NCBI GenBank assembly: GCA_965207885.1
Contig: OZ242311.1
Coordinates: forward strand, 2,624,001-2,688,000
From: Candidatus Latescibacterota bacterium
GTDB taxonomy: Bacteria; Latescibacterota; UBA2968
Direction: 5' to 3'
DNA length: 64,000 bases
The position numbers and the translations under genes are program-made. Each line of letters begins with the position of its first letter. Positions within the stretch are counted from its first letter, which is position 1. Under the pieces are notes generated by a model. That model worked only from the letters and a program-made list of their open reading frames with translations. It was not told where the DNA came from and did no database searches. Below, piece by piece: positions 1 to 9,322 of the stretch.

Positions 1-99
1 CTGAGATACCTCTGGAGGGGGCATGATAAGGATGAGGCCAAATCGGTAGTCGCGTTGCCAATCTTCCCACTTTGATGTGTCTTTTACGTATGGAATCAG
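1..99 (-). pseudogene. 5' part of a second copy of the 2H phosphoesterase gene (4101-4691); start codon changed ATG>CTG; runs off the window edge
   Basis: 1-220 aligns with 4593-4812 (offset 4592); tggaatcagg here versus tggaatcatg in the intact copy. Confidence 0.75.
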
Positions 100-317
100 G
101 AGGAACTCCCACGGGGTGATAGCATCGACGTGTTAGCCGTTCGTGACGCGTCTTCTATTTGCGCCGCTGATCAGCAATATACTCACGTAGCTTCTCGATC
201 GCGGGAGAATCCACATCCCGAAGCGGCATGACGGCTAACGTCTTTGACTTAAGAAAAAAATACCTGGCTTCGGTTTATACCCCATTTTTCGATTTACAGC
301 AAGTATTCGTTCATTAT
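1..317. repeat. Collapsed copy of 4593-4812 joined to 5343-5439 (about 530 bp of the ANT-like gene deleted)
   Basis: Direct visual alignment: about 8 substitutions over 30-220; junction at ...ccacatcccg|aagcggcatg. Confidence 0.92.
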
Positions 318-328
318 TGGAATCATTA
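235..328 (-). pseudogene. C-terminal fragment of a GNAT acetyltransferase
   Basis: NDSNNERILAVNRKMGYKPKP matches the GNAT C-terminal N-x-x-(M/I)-x-x-x-N-x-K-x-G-(Y/F) motif; no start; second copy at 5357-5439. Confidence 0.65.
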
Positions 329-880
329 TAAGCTGTAGATCCATTTGTCCCGATGTAAGAGAAATACAGACCGCTCGGGCAACATGCGGTCCTTAAATTC
401 GCCTCTACCTGGTCAGGGCGGTACACGCTCCGCCTCCTCAAAACCTAACCGGTGGAGAAGCCGGACAGACCGTTTGTTTGCAACAACGCATCTGGCTTCA
501 ATTTCGCCGAGGTCCAAATCTTCAAAACCTACCTGCAGGATGCTCCGGACAGCCTCTGACGCAAAGCCCTGACCCCAATAAATGGGCGACAATTCGTAGC
601 CTATGTCGCCCCGTCGGCTCTCAATACTTTCTGTGCGTATTCCGCAGTTACCGAGTAATACCCCATTTGAGCGGTCCGTGATGGCGAACTGGAACTTGCA
701 TCTTGGATTTTTTTTGGACCATGCGATGCACTTATCTACAAATCGGACACACTCCTCTCTGGTGTAGGCGGGCCGATAGTAGTATTCCAGATACCTCGGG
801 TCCCTCCTGAACTCAGCGATGGCGTCCACGTCTTGTTTGGTGAACTCTCTCAGGAGCAGGCGTTCAGTCAGCTTTTCCAT
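326..880 (-). pseudogene. RimJ/RimL-type GNAT N-acetyltransferase interrupted by an in-frame TGA at 413-415
   Basis: TERLLLREF, IGYEL..YWGQGFASEA and N..S.RLL.RLGF motifs; the frame continues past TGA as PGRGEFKDRMLPERSVFLLHRDKWIYSL* to TAA at 326. Confidence 0.75.
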
Positions 881-899
881 ATAGAAAGGCCATTCTGAA

Positions 900-1424
900 T
901 TACGTTTGGAGCCGTTGAAAGGCTTTAAGAGTTGACGGATCAGTGACTATTTTCCTTGCGGCTTCAATAGTCAACCATTTGGTAGCATAGAATTCCTGTA
1001 GATCAACGTTGAAATTGCTGCCATCTGTAAGAAGCAAATACCAGATGTCATAATGAGACTGACAGGGTTGCACGGGATTTTCTATTGGTGTAATGGTCAA
1101 CAAAAACGGTTGTGGTTCGGATTTAAAAAAGCGCCATATTCCCAATTCTTCACCTATCTCACGGTTCAAAGCTGCCAAAAGCGTCTCGTCTTTATCTACA
1201 TGGCCACCAGGAGAAAGCCAGAGGCCAGACTTTTTATGGTGGATGACAAATACCTTTTTGCTCTGGGAATCATAGGGCAGAAAATAGACACAAAAGTGGG
1301 TCTCCGGATTTTCATCTCGCGTTGGTTTTCCTTCTTTCACTCTTTGTTTATAGCGACTATAGGTTTCCCCACTGTCACATATATCACGGTTGATAACTTT
1401 TGCAATTGATTCTTGTGTTTTCAT
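900..1424 (-). CDS. NUDIX hydrolase
   Basis: Nudix box PGGHVDKDETLLAALNREIGEELGI; start taken at MKTQES (1424) to avoid overlap with the upstream gene. Confidence 0.88.
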   Translation of the reverse strand: MKTQESIAKVINRDICDSGETYSRYKQRVKEGKPTRDENPETHFCVYFLPYDSQSKKVFVIHHKKSGLWLSPGGHVDKDETLLAALNREIGEELGIWRFFKSEPQPFLLTITPIENPVQPCQSHYDIWYLLLTDGSNFNVDLQEFYATKWLTIEAARKIVTDPSTLKAFQRLQT

Positions 1425-1474
1425 ATTGGAGTTTCCCAGATACTGTTTCTTTAGTTTTGCCTGTTTTGCTGTCT

Positions 1475-2275
1475 TTACTTGGTTATCGACCAGTAGGTAT
1501 TGGTGATATGTGGTGAACCCGCGTAGGGTTTGCCGTCGTGGCTCCCGTATAATTTCCATTGGTCAAATCCGCTCAATCTCAGTAGTAACTGAAATTCTTC
1601 CTTGTGAATCCAGCGAGTCTGCATTGGCACTTTGGCCGTTTCCCCGTCATACTCAAATGTCCAGGTATAGGTTTCCGTCTGCGATGTCAGATCACATATT
1701 TTTGAATAATTAACCTGAATCGGTTTCCCTGTCTCGGGGTGCATGCACTCACCGAACTCCTCCTCTGCTGGCGGGATGTTTTGGTGAAGGAGTATGTCTT
1801 CTGTATAGGAGGGAATGTAGAAGTTCAGGAGTAGGCGTCCTCCTGGCTGCAGGTGCTCATAGACACGTCGAAGGCAGTCTATTTGGCTTTGCTGAGTTGG
1901 CAGCATCATGAAGGAACTGGCAGGTATGAGAACCGCTGCAAATTGGCGGTCGTAGATAAAATTGGCAAGATCCTGTTGTGAGATTCGAGAATCTATATCT
2001 GAAATTCCCAAATTTATTGCTTTGTGTCTGAGCACTTCCAACATGGGGAGCGAAATATCAAACCCAAAGATATCAAACCCATCCAGCAGCAGAGGCAGCA
2101 TTTTACAACCCGTTCCACAGGCAGCCTCCAATATCGCACCGCGCGTGTTCTGCAATTGATTTCGGTAAAAATGTAATTCCCGTTCATTTAGTGCAGAGCG
2201 GCCACCAGTCTCGTTCCATTGGTCATAGATTAGCGCCCACCAATGGGTATCATAGTTACTTCCAGTCTCTTGCAT
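1475..2275 (-). CDS. Class I SAM-dependent methyltransferase
   Basis: Motif I ILEAACGTG, GFDIS..ML, L.PGG.LLL. Confidence 0.88.
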   Translation of the reverse strand: MQETGSNYDTHWWALIYDQWNETGGRSALNERELHFYRNQLQNTRGAILEAACGTGCKMLPLLLDGFDIFGFDISLPMLEVLRHKAINLGISDIDSRISQQDLANFIYDRQFAAVLIPASSFMMLPTQQSQIDCLRRVYEHLQPGGRLLLNFYIPSYTEDILLHQNIPPAEEEFGECMHPETGKPIQVNYSKICDLTSQTETYTWTFEYDGETAKVPMQTRWIHKEEFQLLLRLSGFDQWKLYGSHDGKPYAGSPHITNTYWSITK

Positions 2276-2352
2276 GAGTAACCCTATGCAAAGATAGGTT
2301 TTGTTTTTTCGTTATATACAGTTTTTATATAGTCGGGTTTTCTCTTTATTTT

Positions 2353-2943
2353 TCAGTCATTTAATGAAATCTTTAAGTTTATTGCTGCCAGCAAACCTCC
2401 ATAGTCAATCGACTTGAAGTCTGTAGTATCAATCTCAAAGATAGAGCCGCCTATGTCCAACGCCTTATACTTTTCATTTATCAGAAATTCGTCGAATTGG
2501 TCGGACGTTACCAAATGATCTGTATGGCCGGGATGGCGCTCCCCAGATTCAGACCGCGCTTTGAATCTCTTAAAGAGCACACCAGCATCGGTTTTGCACA
2601 GGATCTGGAATGGTTCAAAGTCATGTCTCTTTTTTAATTCCAGGAGTTTTGGCGTATCAAACTTGGGAATAAATGCTGTGTCAACAATAAGCGATCTTCC
2701 CGCTTCAACTTGAGTTTTCAGGAAAAAATGCAAAAGTGCCCAACTGGCATGGATTAACCCTACACGAAATTCCCTATCTTCCCAGCCAAGGGTGTCGAAG
2801 AGGACTTCCTTAATGCCATCCTTGCTCAGAAAGGGCAGGCAGAGTTGCTTAGCCAGTTTTCTTCCTAATGTTGTTTTGCCAGTACACGGAGCACCGTTAA
2901 TAATAATAAGCAAAGATTTTGTCATTCGTCGAGAGTTCTCCAT
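2353..2943 (-). CDS. P-loop kinase (AAA_33-like)
   Basis: Walker A GAPCTGKTT, SKD.IKE.LFD, RHPGH; alternative start at 2925. Confidence 0.85.
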   Translation of the reverse strand: MENSRRMTKSLLIIINGAPCTGKTTLGRKLAKQLCLPFLSKDGIKEVLFDTLGWEDREFRVGLIHASWALLHFFLKTQVEAGRSLIVDTAFIPKFDTPKLLELKKRHDFEPFQILCKTDAGVLFKRFKARSESGERHPGHTDHLVTSDQFDEFLINEKYKALDIGGSIFEIDTTDFKSIDYGGLLAAINLKISLND

Positions 2944-3039
2944 TCATATACACTTAATATTTGGTCAGGTTGAGAATGACTTGTCCTCAGTCTCTTTAAA
3001 AGGTCTGCTTCAAGTTTAGGGTATCCTTAACAAATCGGT

Positions 3040-3591
3040 TCAGTAGTCCGTATCATGCCTGGATTCAAATTCTGTGCGCAAAATCCCGAATAAGAGCCTA
3101 TCCCAACGTCGGTTGGCCCAATAGATAGCCTCGCGCTCGCACCCTTCCTGAGTAAACCCGAGTTTTTCGAGAACTCGGATGGCACCTGTATTATTGGAGG
3201 CTGTCACAGCCGAAATCCTGTACAGGTCCAAATGCTCAAACCCAAATTGAAGGATTACCTGTGCGGCATCTGTGCAGTACCCCTTGCCTCTATCCCTCCT
3301 GCGGGCAATGCCAGCACCGAGGCTGGCGGTACGATTTCTCAAGTCGATTTCCGATAACTGAATATCGCCAAGGAGATTTCCATCTGGACTGAAGATGCCC
3401 AGGTAAATTTGAGTTTTTCCTTGTTGCTCTTGGATCTCCTCAAACCATTTGTCCGATCCCTCGAGTGAATGACCAGGTCTGACGGGTTCAGTCGGAATTG
3501 GATCCTCGAGTTCATAATGTTCCCAAAGGGTGCGACAATGCTCGCGTTCCATTGTCCGCAATACCACTTTTTTACCACGTAGCTCAATCAT
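3040..3591 (-). CDS. RimJ/RimL-type GNAT N-acetyltransferase
   Basis: RGKGYCTDA, N.GAIRVLEKLGF..EG..RE, GILRTEF. Confidence 0.9.
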   Translation of the reverse strand: MIELRGKKVVLRTMEREHCRTLWEHYELEDPIPTEPVRPGHSLEGSDKWFEEIQEQQGKTQIYLGIFSPDGNLLGDIQLSEIDLRNRTASLGAGIARRRDRGKGYCTDAAQVILQFGFEHLDLYRISAVTASNNTGAIRVLEKLGFTQEGCEREAIYWANRRWDRLLFGILRTEFESRHDTDY

Positions 3592-3619
3592 GAGAGATAA
3601 CCTCGTGATTTACCAGATC

Positions 3620-4078
3620 TCATATCCTCTTTTCAAAAAAAACCACATCAAACCCGGATATCCTTTGCCGTTCAATTTCACAATATCCATTCTTTTCATA
3701 TAGTTTGCGAGCCGCAATCTGCTGCACTGTTGTATCCAGGCAGAGTATTTTATAACCCAGATCATTTGCTCTCATCTCAAGTCTATTCAGAATCGTCTGA
3801 CCAAACCCTCGTCTTTGAAAATTGGGATGGACGCGCATTCTTTTAATTTCTGCCTTATCATCTGAAATTCGTTGCAAAGCACCTATTGCAACCAATTTCT
3901 CTTTGCAAAATCCTGTCAAAAACTCGCCTTTGTCAGATAGATATGTCTCTTCAATAGTATGCAGGTCATTGTCCTGAGCGCCGCTACCTGCATTCGCTCC
4001 AACCTGATCCAGTGCTAAGTTGTGTAGATTCCAGACTTCATTGTGGTCAGAAGCCCGATAACGACGAATTTTCAACAT
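3620..4078 (-). CDS. GNAT N-acetyltransferase
   Basis: AEIKRMRVHPNFQRRGFG, ARKLYEKNGY; RBS agggag upstream of the ATG at 4078. Confidence 0.9.
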   Translation of the reverse strand: MLKIRRYRASDHNEVWNLHNLALDQVGANAGSGAQDNDLHTIEETYLSDKGEFLTGFCKEKLVAIGALQRISDDKAEIKRMRVHPNFQRRGFGQTILNRLEMRANDLGYKILCLDTTVQQIAARKLYEKNGYCEIERQRISGFDVVFFEKRI

Positions 4079-4100
4079 GGATATCTCCCTTGCGAAATTC

Positions 4101-4691
4101 CTAAGAAGTACTTGCGTTTTTACCTGAATCGGCAAGAAAGAACGTTCCCCTCTTTTTGAATCTAAAACTCTCATCGGGTACGACGAACGCCAGTTTATCA
4201 CACAAAAAAGAGCCAGACGGAGCTGAATTTTGGAGCCGTACACAAAGCTCAAGGCTCTCGTCTATGGAGATGAACTCAGCAATGGTCATGTGCGGAGCTA
4301 TGTTGCGCCTGTGATACGCTTCGCCGGAAAATGCCGATGTACTGTGGAGGATCTGCTTTAAATTATCGATAGGCTCTCGTGGCCTTATCGGATACGAGAC
4401 GCCAGGGTGCCTGGTTGAGGCATGCGGCTTGTCGTAATGAAGCGTGAATGGCTGGACATCCGTAAGGACGTTGTTGATTTCATCGATAAGATCAGGTGTC
4501 ATTTCCCGACTCAAGGGATCTGACAAAGAGATGTGCGTCGAACAGGAGTCAGCAGAGCGGGGATCATACTTTGCTCGCAAGAGGTCAATCTCATGGGAGA
4601 CTTCTGGAGAGGGCATTATAAGGATGAGGCCAAATCGGTAGTCGCGTTGCCAATCTTCCCACTTTGATGTGTCTTTTACGTATGGAATCAT
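4101..4691 (-). CDS. 2H phosphoesterase / 2'-5' RNA ligase family protein
   Basis: Two H-x-S/T motifs (THISL, PHMTI). Confidence 0.8.
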   Translation of the reverse strand: MIPYVKDTSKWEDWQRDYRFGLILIMPSPEVSHEIDLLRAKYDPRSADSCSTHISLSDPLSREMTPDLIDEINNVLTDVQPFTLHYDKPHASTRHPGVSYPIRPREPIDNLKQILHSTSAFSGEAYHRRNIAPHMTIAEFISIDESLELCVRLQNSAPSGSFLCDKLAFVVPDESFRFKKRGTFFLADSGKNASTS

Positions 4692-4709
4692 GAGGAACTC
4701 TCACGAGGT

Positions 4710-4732
4710 GATAGCATTGACGTGTTAGCCGT
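4710..4732 (-). other. attC-like left half site (R'' ACGGCTAAC plus spacer and L''-like sequence) downstream of the ANT-like gene
   Basis: Minus strand ACGGCTAACACGTCAATGC (copy at 118-140 reads ACGGCTAACACGTCGATGC), complementary to GTTAGCCGT upstream of the gene. Confidence 0.45.
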
Positions 4733-4746
4733 TCGTGACGTTTCTT

Positions 4747-5304
4747 CTATTTGCGCCGCTGATCAGCAATATACTCATGTAGCTTCTCGATCGCGGGGGA
4801 ATCCACATCCCGCAGAGGTGCACCAGCCGGGTGTTTGTGGAAATTTACCTTTTCGTCCAGTTGGGCTTCAGCGCTGAGGATCGGACAGGTCAGGTCACCC
4901 AGTCGGCCTTCAGGTGCAGAGAAAGCGCCTTGTGGATACGGCCAATCGGTCCACCGGCCAGAGGTAACAATATCTCCCGATTGGGTCTTTTCGAGAAGCC
5001 CAAAACTGACAAACTGATCAAGTTTGTAGAAGCCAATGTGTTCTTCGGGATGCCGTAGCTCCTTGCGACTATACCCCAGGGCTTCGAGGCAGGTGCTTAC
5101 TGTAGGGGCATCTGTTTTCCAAATTGCCCAGTCTATGTCGCTGTGGACCCGCAAGCTTTCGCCTAACAGAAAATCCAAAGCCCACCCACCACCCAACCAG
5201 TGCGGAATAGAACGAGCTGTCAATACCTCATGAATTTCTCTGATCAGCCCAAGCTGGATGGGATTCGGATCTTCCAGACATCCGCGAATTATAATTTTAG
5301 ACAT
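4747..5304 (-). CDS. Aminoglycoside 2''-adenylyltransferase/lincosamide nucleotidyltransferase-like protein
   Basis: WLGGGWALDFLLG...R.HSDID nucleotidyltransferase signature; C-terminal SAEAQL..K. Confidence 0.8.
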   Translation of the reverse strand: MSKIIIRGCLEDPNPIQLGLIREIHEVLTARSIPHWLGGGWALDFLLGESLRVHSDIDWAIWKTDAPTVSTCLEALGYSRKELRHPEEHIGFYKLDQFVSFGLLEKTQSGDIVTSGRWTDWPYPQGAFSAPEGRLGDLTCPILSAEAQLDEKVNFHKHPAGAPLRDVDSPAIEKLHEYIADQRRK

Positions 5305-5323
5305 GGATCAAACTCATAGGAAA

Positions 5324-5353
5324 CATGCCGCTTCAGTGTTCTGAAGCGGCATG
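5324..5353. terminator. Perfect 13-bp hairpin (terminator-like)
   Basis: CATGCCGCTTCAG-TGTT-CTGAAGCGGCATG; only a short U tract on the minus strand. Confidence 0.55.
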
Positions 5354-5356
5354 ACG

Positions 5357-5439
5357 GCTAATGTCTTCGAGTTAAGAAAAAATACTTGGCTTTGGTTTAT
5401 ACCCCATTTTTCGATTTACAGCAAGTATTCGTTCATTAT
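5357..5439 (-). pseudogene. Second C-terminal GNAT fragment (copy of 235-317, one A shorter)
   Basis: NERILAVNRKMGYKPKP with no upstream coding continuation. Confidence 0.65.
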
Positions 5440-5628
5440 ATGAAAAATTACCCATATTAGATTCTCAATAAGGCTTTTGCATCCTCCCATTGAATTTGCA
5501 AATTCGTTCGCTAATGATTCTAAGTAAGGTAGGTATCTCTGAAAGTGATTTGATATGGGATCTGACACACGACAACTCAGGACATGAAGTATGGAACATT
5601 ACTGTCCAACAATGTCTATTCGTCAGAT

Positions 5629-8028
5629 CTATAAACGTCTGAGTGCCTTTACTGGGTCGGAATTCGCTGCACGAAGCGTCTGCGACCCAACTACTGTGAG
5701 AACAACTGCTACCATCACGGCAACAACAACACCGAACAGCCACGGACTCATTGTGGTTTGGAGGGGAAACTGGTTTAACCAGAGGTGGTTTGCAAACCAC
5801 GCAGCAGGAGCTGCAAGTAGAACCGCCACAACAAGCATCAAGAGAAAATCCTTTGACAAGAGCACAGCGATCTGCCAAGAACTCGCTCCCAGAACCTTAC
5901 GTATTGCAACTGCCTTGACCTGCATTTCCATGACATGCATAGCTATTCCCAACACGCCAAGTAAGGCCAAAAGCACCCCGAAAGCGCTAATCAGAGCAAT
6001 GATATGCAAAACATCGGAATAGACTCCAGCGAGCATTCCTTTTTGGATTTGCGTCGTAAACAGATCGTACTCCACTTTCCAAGGACTTCCTAACTCAGGC
6101 CAGACCTGTTCGAGGTGCGCAACCGCCTCAGGCATATGGCCGGGTAACACGCGCACGTTTGCCCAATGTATACGCGCTGGCTCACAGAGCAGTATGACAG
6201 GATCAATATCCATGCCTATGCCATATGTCTGAAAGTCTTCCAGAATCCCCACAATGGTAGGTTTCGTGTTCTTCCCTGACACGTTCAAGATTTGACCTAT
6301 CGCTTGCTCTTCGTTTTCCAGACCTAGCAGCCGAGTAGCGGTTCTATTGAGCAGCACACTCCTGTGAATATCCGACGGGCGATTGAAGTAACGGCCTGCA
6401 AGTAGCTTGAGTTTCAGGTTCGAAACAAAATTGTAGTCCACTCTTAATTCGAAAACTGTCTTAGGATCACCTCTCCCAATCGTCACCGAACGTGCTGATC
6501 GTCCACCCTGCATCAGAATCTGTGAGGAACCAGAAATGAGCTCCACTGAGGGCGATTGCTCCATCGCCTGCCGGAACACGTCGTAGCCCACTCCCTGAAG
6601 CCGTACGTTCACTATATTTTCATGATCAAATCCATAGTCGGACGATACCAAATATCGGAACTGCTGGTACACGAACAGGGTCGAGAGGACGAAGAATAAC
6701 GACATGCCAAACTGCCCCACCACAAACATCCGATTGAATGACTTGGCTCGATCCTTTGTAAAACTTCCTCCCTTCAAGATCAAGACTGGGACGAATCGGG
6801 AAAGATGAAGTGCGGGGTAGGTGCCCGCAAGAATGCCTACGCCTACGCTGAAGCCAAGGACAGTGAGATAGACCGTCAGATCTTTGAGAACGTCGAGCTT
6901 GATGCGGGCCAAGGGAAAAAATGAAGTAAAGTACATCTCGTTGAAAGCAGGAATTAACCATACCAACAGCCACATGGCAAAAAACGTCGCCAGCAATACT
7001 GTTAGAATCGACTCCATCAAGATTTGGCCAATGATCTGTCTGCGATATGCACCTACGACTTTCCGAATTGCCACCTCGTGGGCTCTGGCCATTGCTCTGG
7101 CCACAATTAAGTTGGTATAATTGTAGCACGCCCCTATCAGTATTATAGCGGCCAGAACACTAACAAAATAAACAGCCATGCCAGGAACCATCCAACTAAG
7201 TTGGTTAACTCTCATGACGCTCAGGTTGAGGTCGGTCAGTAATTGGACACTTACCCTCTCCATCTGTCGATCTGTACTGGGATAGTAGTGGTCTTGAATG
7301 ATCTGTGTGAAGTATCTTTCCAGGACCGTTGGGTGGGTACCTTCTCGTAAGACCAAGAATGTGTATGTGTCATTCATGCCATCGCTCCACCGAGGAATGC
7401 CGCGGGGTGGCGCAAATTTCAAGGTCTCAAACGACACCAAGATCTGAAACCGTACATAGCTAGCCCCTGGCGGATCCGCCAGGACGCCCGTTACCTTGTA
7501 TGGCGTCTGTCCGATCATCACAGTCTGATTCAGTGGGCTGGAATCTCCAAAGAATGCAACCGACTGGTTCTGCGAAAGCACGATGGAATTGGGTTCGGAA
7601 AGCGCGGTAGCGGGATTCCCCTCCACAAGAGCGAAATCGAATACCTCGAAAAACGACGGCTCGGCATAAAGGCCAGACACTTTAATTTGACTTTGACTGC
7701 CGAGAAAGCCCATGGAACCACGGAATCTGCGTACCCGTGTCGTCACTTCTACATCTGGGCAGACATCTTGAAGAAGCGAAGCAAGACTCACAGGTGTCGT
7801 TGCGTAGCGAACACGACCAGGGTTGCTGGACGAACGGTAGTCGCAGATGGTGAGATAGATACGATCTGCCTTCTTGTGCCATGCATCAGACGTTTTTTGG
7901 TATGACACAAACAAGATGATCAGCAGGCAGATCGACAGACTTGCTCCTAGTCCTAAAACGTTGATCATTGACAAGATTTTATTCTTTAACAGATTCCGAA
8001 CCGCTACAACCAGATAATTACGCAGCAT
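5629..8028 (-). CDS. ABC transporter permease, MacB/FtsX-type double-domain
   Basis: MLRNYLVVAVRNLLKNK..S.INV.GL, R..EVAIRKVVGA, GFDHEN, AIRKVLGAS, RAA..DPV.ALR. Confidence 0.92.
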   Translation of the reverse strand: MLRNYLVVAVRNLLKNKILSMINVLGLGASLSICLLIILFVSYQKTSDAWHKKADRIYLTICDYRSSSNPGRVRYATTPVSLASLLQDVCPDVEVTTRVRRFRGSMGFLGSQSQIKVSGLYAEPSFFEVFDFALVEGNPATALSEPNSIVLSQNQSVAFFGDSSPLNQTVMIGQTPYKVTGVLADPPGASYVRFQILVSFETLKFAPPRGIPRWSDGMNDTYTFLVLREGTHPTVLERYFTQIIQDHYYPSTDRQMERVSVQLLTDLNLSVMRVNQLSWMVPGMAVYFVSVLAAIILIGACYNYTNLIVARAMARAHEVAIRKVVGAYRRQIIGQILMESILTVLLATFFAMWLLVWLIPAFNEMYFTSFFPLARIKLDVLKDLTVYLTVLGFSVGVGILAGTYPALHLSRFVPVLILKGGSFTKDRAKSFNRMFVVGQFGMSLFFVLSTLFVYQQFRYLVSSDYGFDHENIVNVRLQGVGYDVFRQAMEQSPSVELISGSSQILMQGGRSARSVTIGRGDPKTVFELRVDYNFVSNLKLKLLAGRYFNRPSDIHRSVLLNRTATRLLGLENEEQAIGQILNVSGKNTKPTIVGILEDFQTYGIGMDIDPVILLCEPARIHWANVRVLPGHMPEAVAHLEQVWPELGSPWKVEYDLFTTQIQKGMLAGVYSDVLHIIALISAFGVLLALLGVLGIAMHVMEMQVKAVAIRKVLGASSWQIAVLLSKDFLLMLVVAVLLAAPAAWFANHLWLNQFPLQTTMSPWLFGVVVAVMVAVVLTVVGSQTLRAANSDPVKALRRL

Positions 8029-8217
8029 TATAGCCTCTTAAAGTTTGACTCGATTTGGTGTGTACCTTAGATCCTATATGAAAGATAAGAAGAAGAGACT
8101 GCGAATACAAACCGATTGGACCATTGAAAGAAAATGATCATTTAATTTGGATTAGATAGCCGACGAAAGTCTATTCTAATTAGTGTAATTAATGGCACTG
8201 GCCCTGCAAACGCCGCG

Positions 8218-8567
8218 GACAATTCGTAGCCTATGTCCCCCCCCCCAGCCCTCAATGCTTTCTGTGCGTATTCCGCAGTCACCAAGTAATACCCCATTTG
8301 AGCGATCCGTGATGGCGAACTGGAACTTGCATCTTGGATTTTCTTTGGACCATGCGATGCACTTATCTACAAATCGGACGCACTCCTCTCTGGTGTAGGC
8401 GGGCCGGTAGTAGTATTCCAGATACTTGGGGTCTCTCCTGTACTCGGCGATGGCGTCCACGTCTTGTTTGGTGAGCTCTCCATTCATATACACTTAATAT
8501 TTGGTCAGGTTGAGAATGACTTGTCCTCAGTCTCTTTTCAAAAAAAATCACATCAAACCCGGATATC
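8218..8567 (-). pseudogene. Three-part chimera: end of GNAT 3620-4078, leader of kinase 2353-2943, and body of GNAT 326-880
   Basis: 8532-8567 matches 3627-3662; 8477-8537 matches 2937-2997; 8218-8476 matches 588-846 with a C10 run at 8237-8246. Confidence 0.88.
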
Positions 8568-8581
8568 TTCGAAATCGCTTT

Positions 8582-9322
8582 TCAGAGTTTCTTGCCTATC
8601 GCGCAGAAGACATTGTCATAGGATTCGCCCAGATCCGAGGCTCGAAATATTTGGATGTCCTGGAACCCGGCCGCTAAGTACAGGTTCTGGACTTCCTTCT
8701 CGTCAAAATAGTGCCAAAAGACCGGGCCCTCCCCGTCCTCACTCTTGAGAACTAAGTCACCTTCTTCCAGGCCTGCGTTCTGGTCAACTCCCTCGTATCT
8801 CATATCATCGGTAACACGGGGGAGTGTAGAGGCACCATCGTGAACCGAAAGGGACATACGTCCGGCAGAGGTGAGAACTCGAAAGGCTTCGTTTGCGAGG
8901 GTCTTGCGAGCTCGCGCAGTGGGGACGTTGGCGAGAACCTGACTCCATAAAGTAACTATGTCATATGAATCATCCGGTTCTGAAAATATGGCTCCATCAG
9001 TAACTTCAAACTCGACCTGGCTACCGGATTCGATGGCTATACTTCGGGCCGCTGAAATAAGCGTATCGGATATGTCTATTCCCTTCACGCGAAAGCCCAG
9101 ACTTTCAAGGGCAAAGGCTTCACGTCCGGCGCCACATCCTACGACCAGAGCACGGCCGACATCCGGAAAGAATCGGTCAACCATGGCCTGTTCCCATCTG
9201 CGCAGTCCTTCGCTGACCCTCCGTACGTACTTCTCAGTTGCCTGAGCAGTAGAGTAGCTATGTCGAACCTGACGGGCCAAATCACTTTTCTTTTTTAGAT
9301 TCACTTCTTTCGAGCGAGCCAA
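8582..9322 (-). CDS. Class I SAM-dependent methyltransferase
   Basis: LVVGCGAGREA, GIDIS..LI..A, RVL...G. Confidence 0.85.
   Translation of the reverse strand: MARSKEVNLKKKSDLARQVRHSYSTAQATEKYVRRVSEGLRRWEQAMVDRFFPDVGRALVVGCGAGREAFALESLGFRVKGIDISDTLISAARSIAIESGSQVEFEVTDGAIFSEPDDSYDIVTLWSQVLANVPTARARKTLANEAFRVLTSAGRMSLSVHDGASTLPRVTDDMRYEGVDQNAGLEEGDLVLKSEDGEGPVFWHYFDEKEVQNLYLAAGFQDIQIFRASDLGESYDNVFCAIGKKL

Noticed and set aside
8237-8246. C10 homopolymer as a phase-variation switch
   Set aside because: It lies in a fragment already truncated at both ends, so slippage could not restore a gene.
1-8570. Diversity-generating retroelement template/variable repeat explanation for the duplicated segments
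   Set aside because: Differences between copies are mixed substitutions and indels rather than adenine-specific, and no reverse transcriptase is present in the window.
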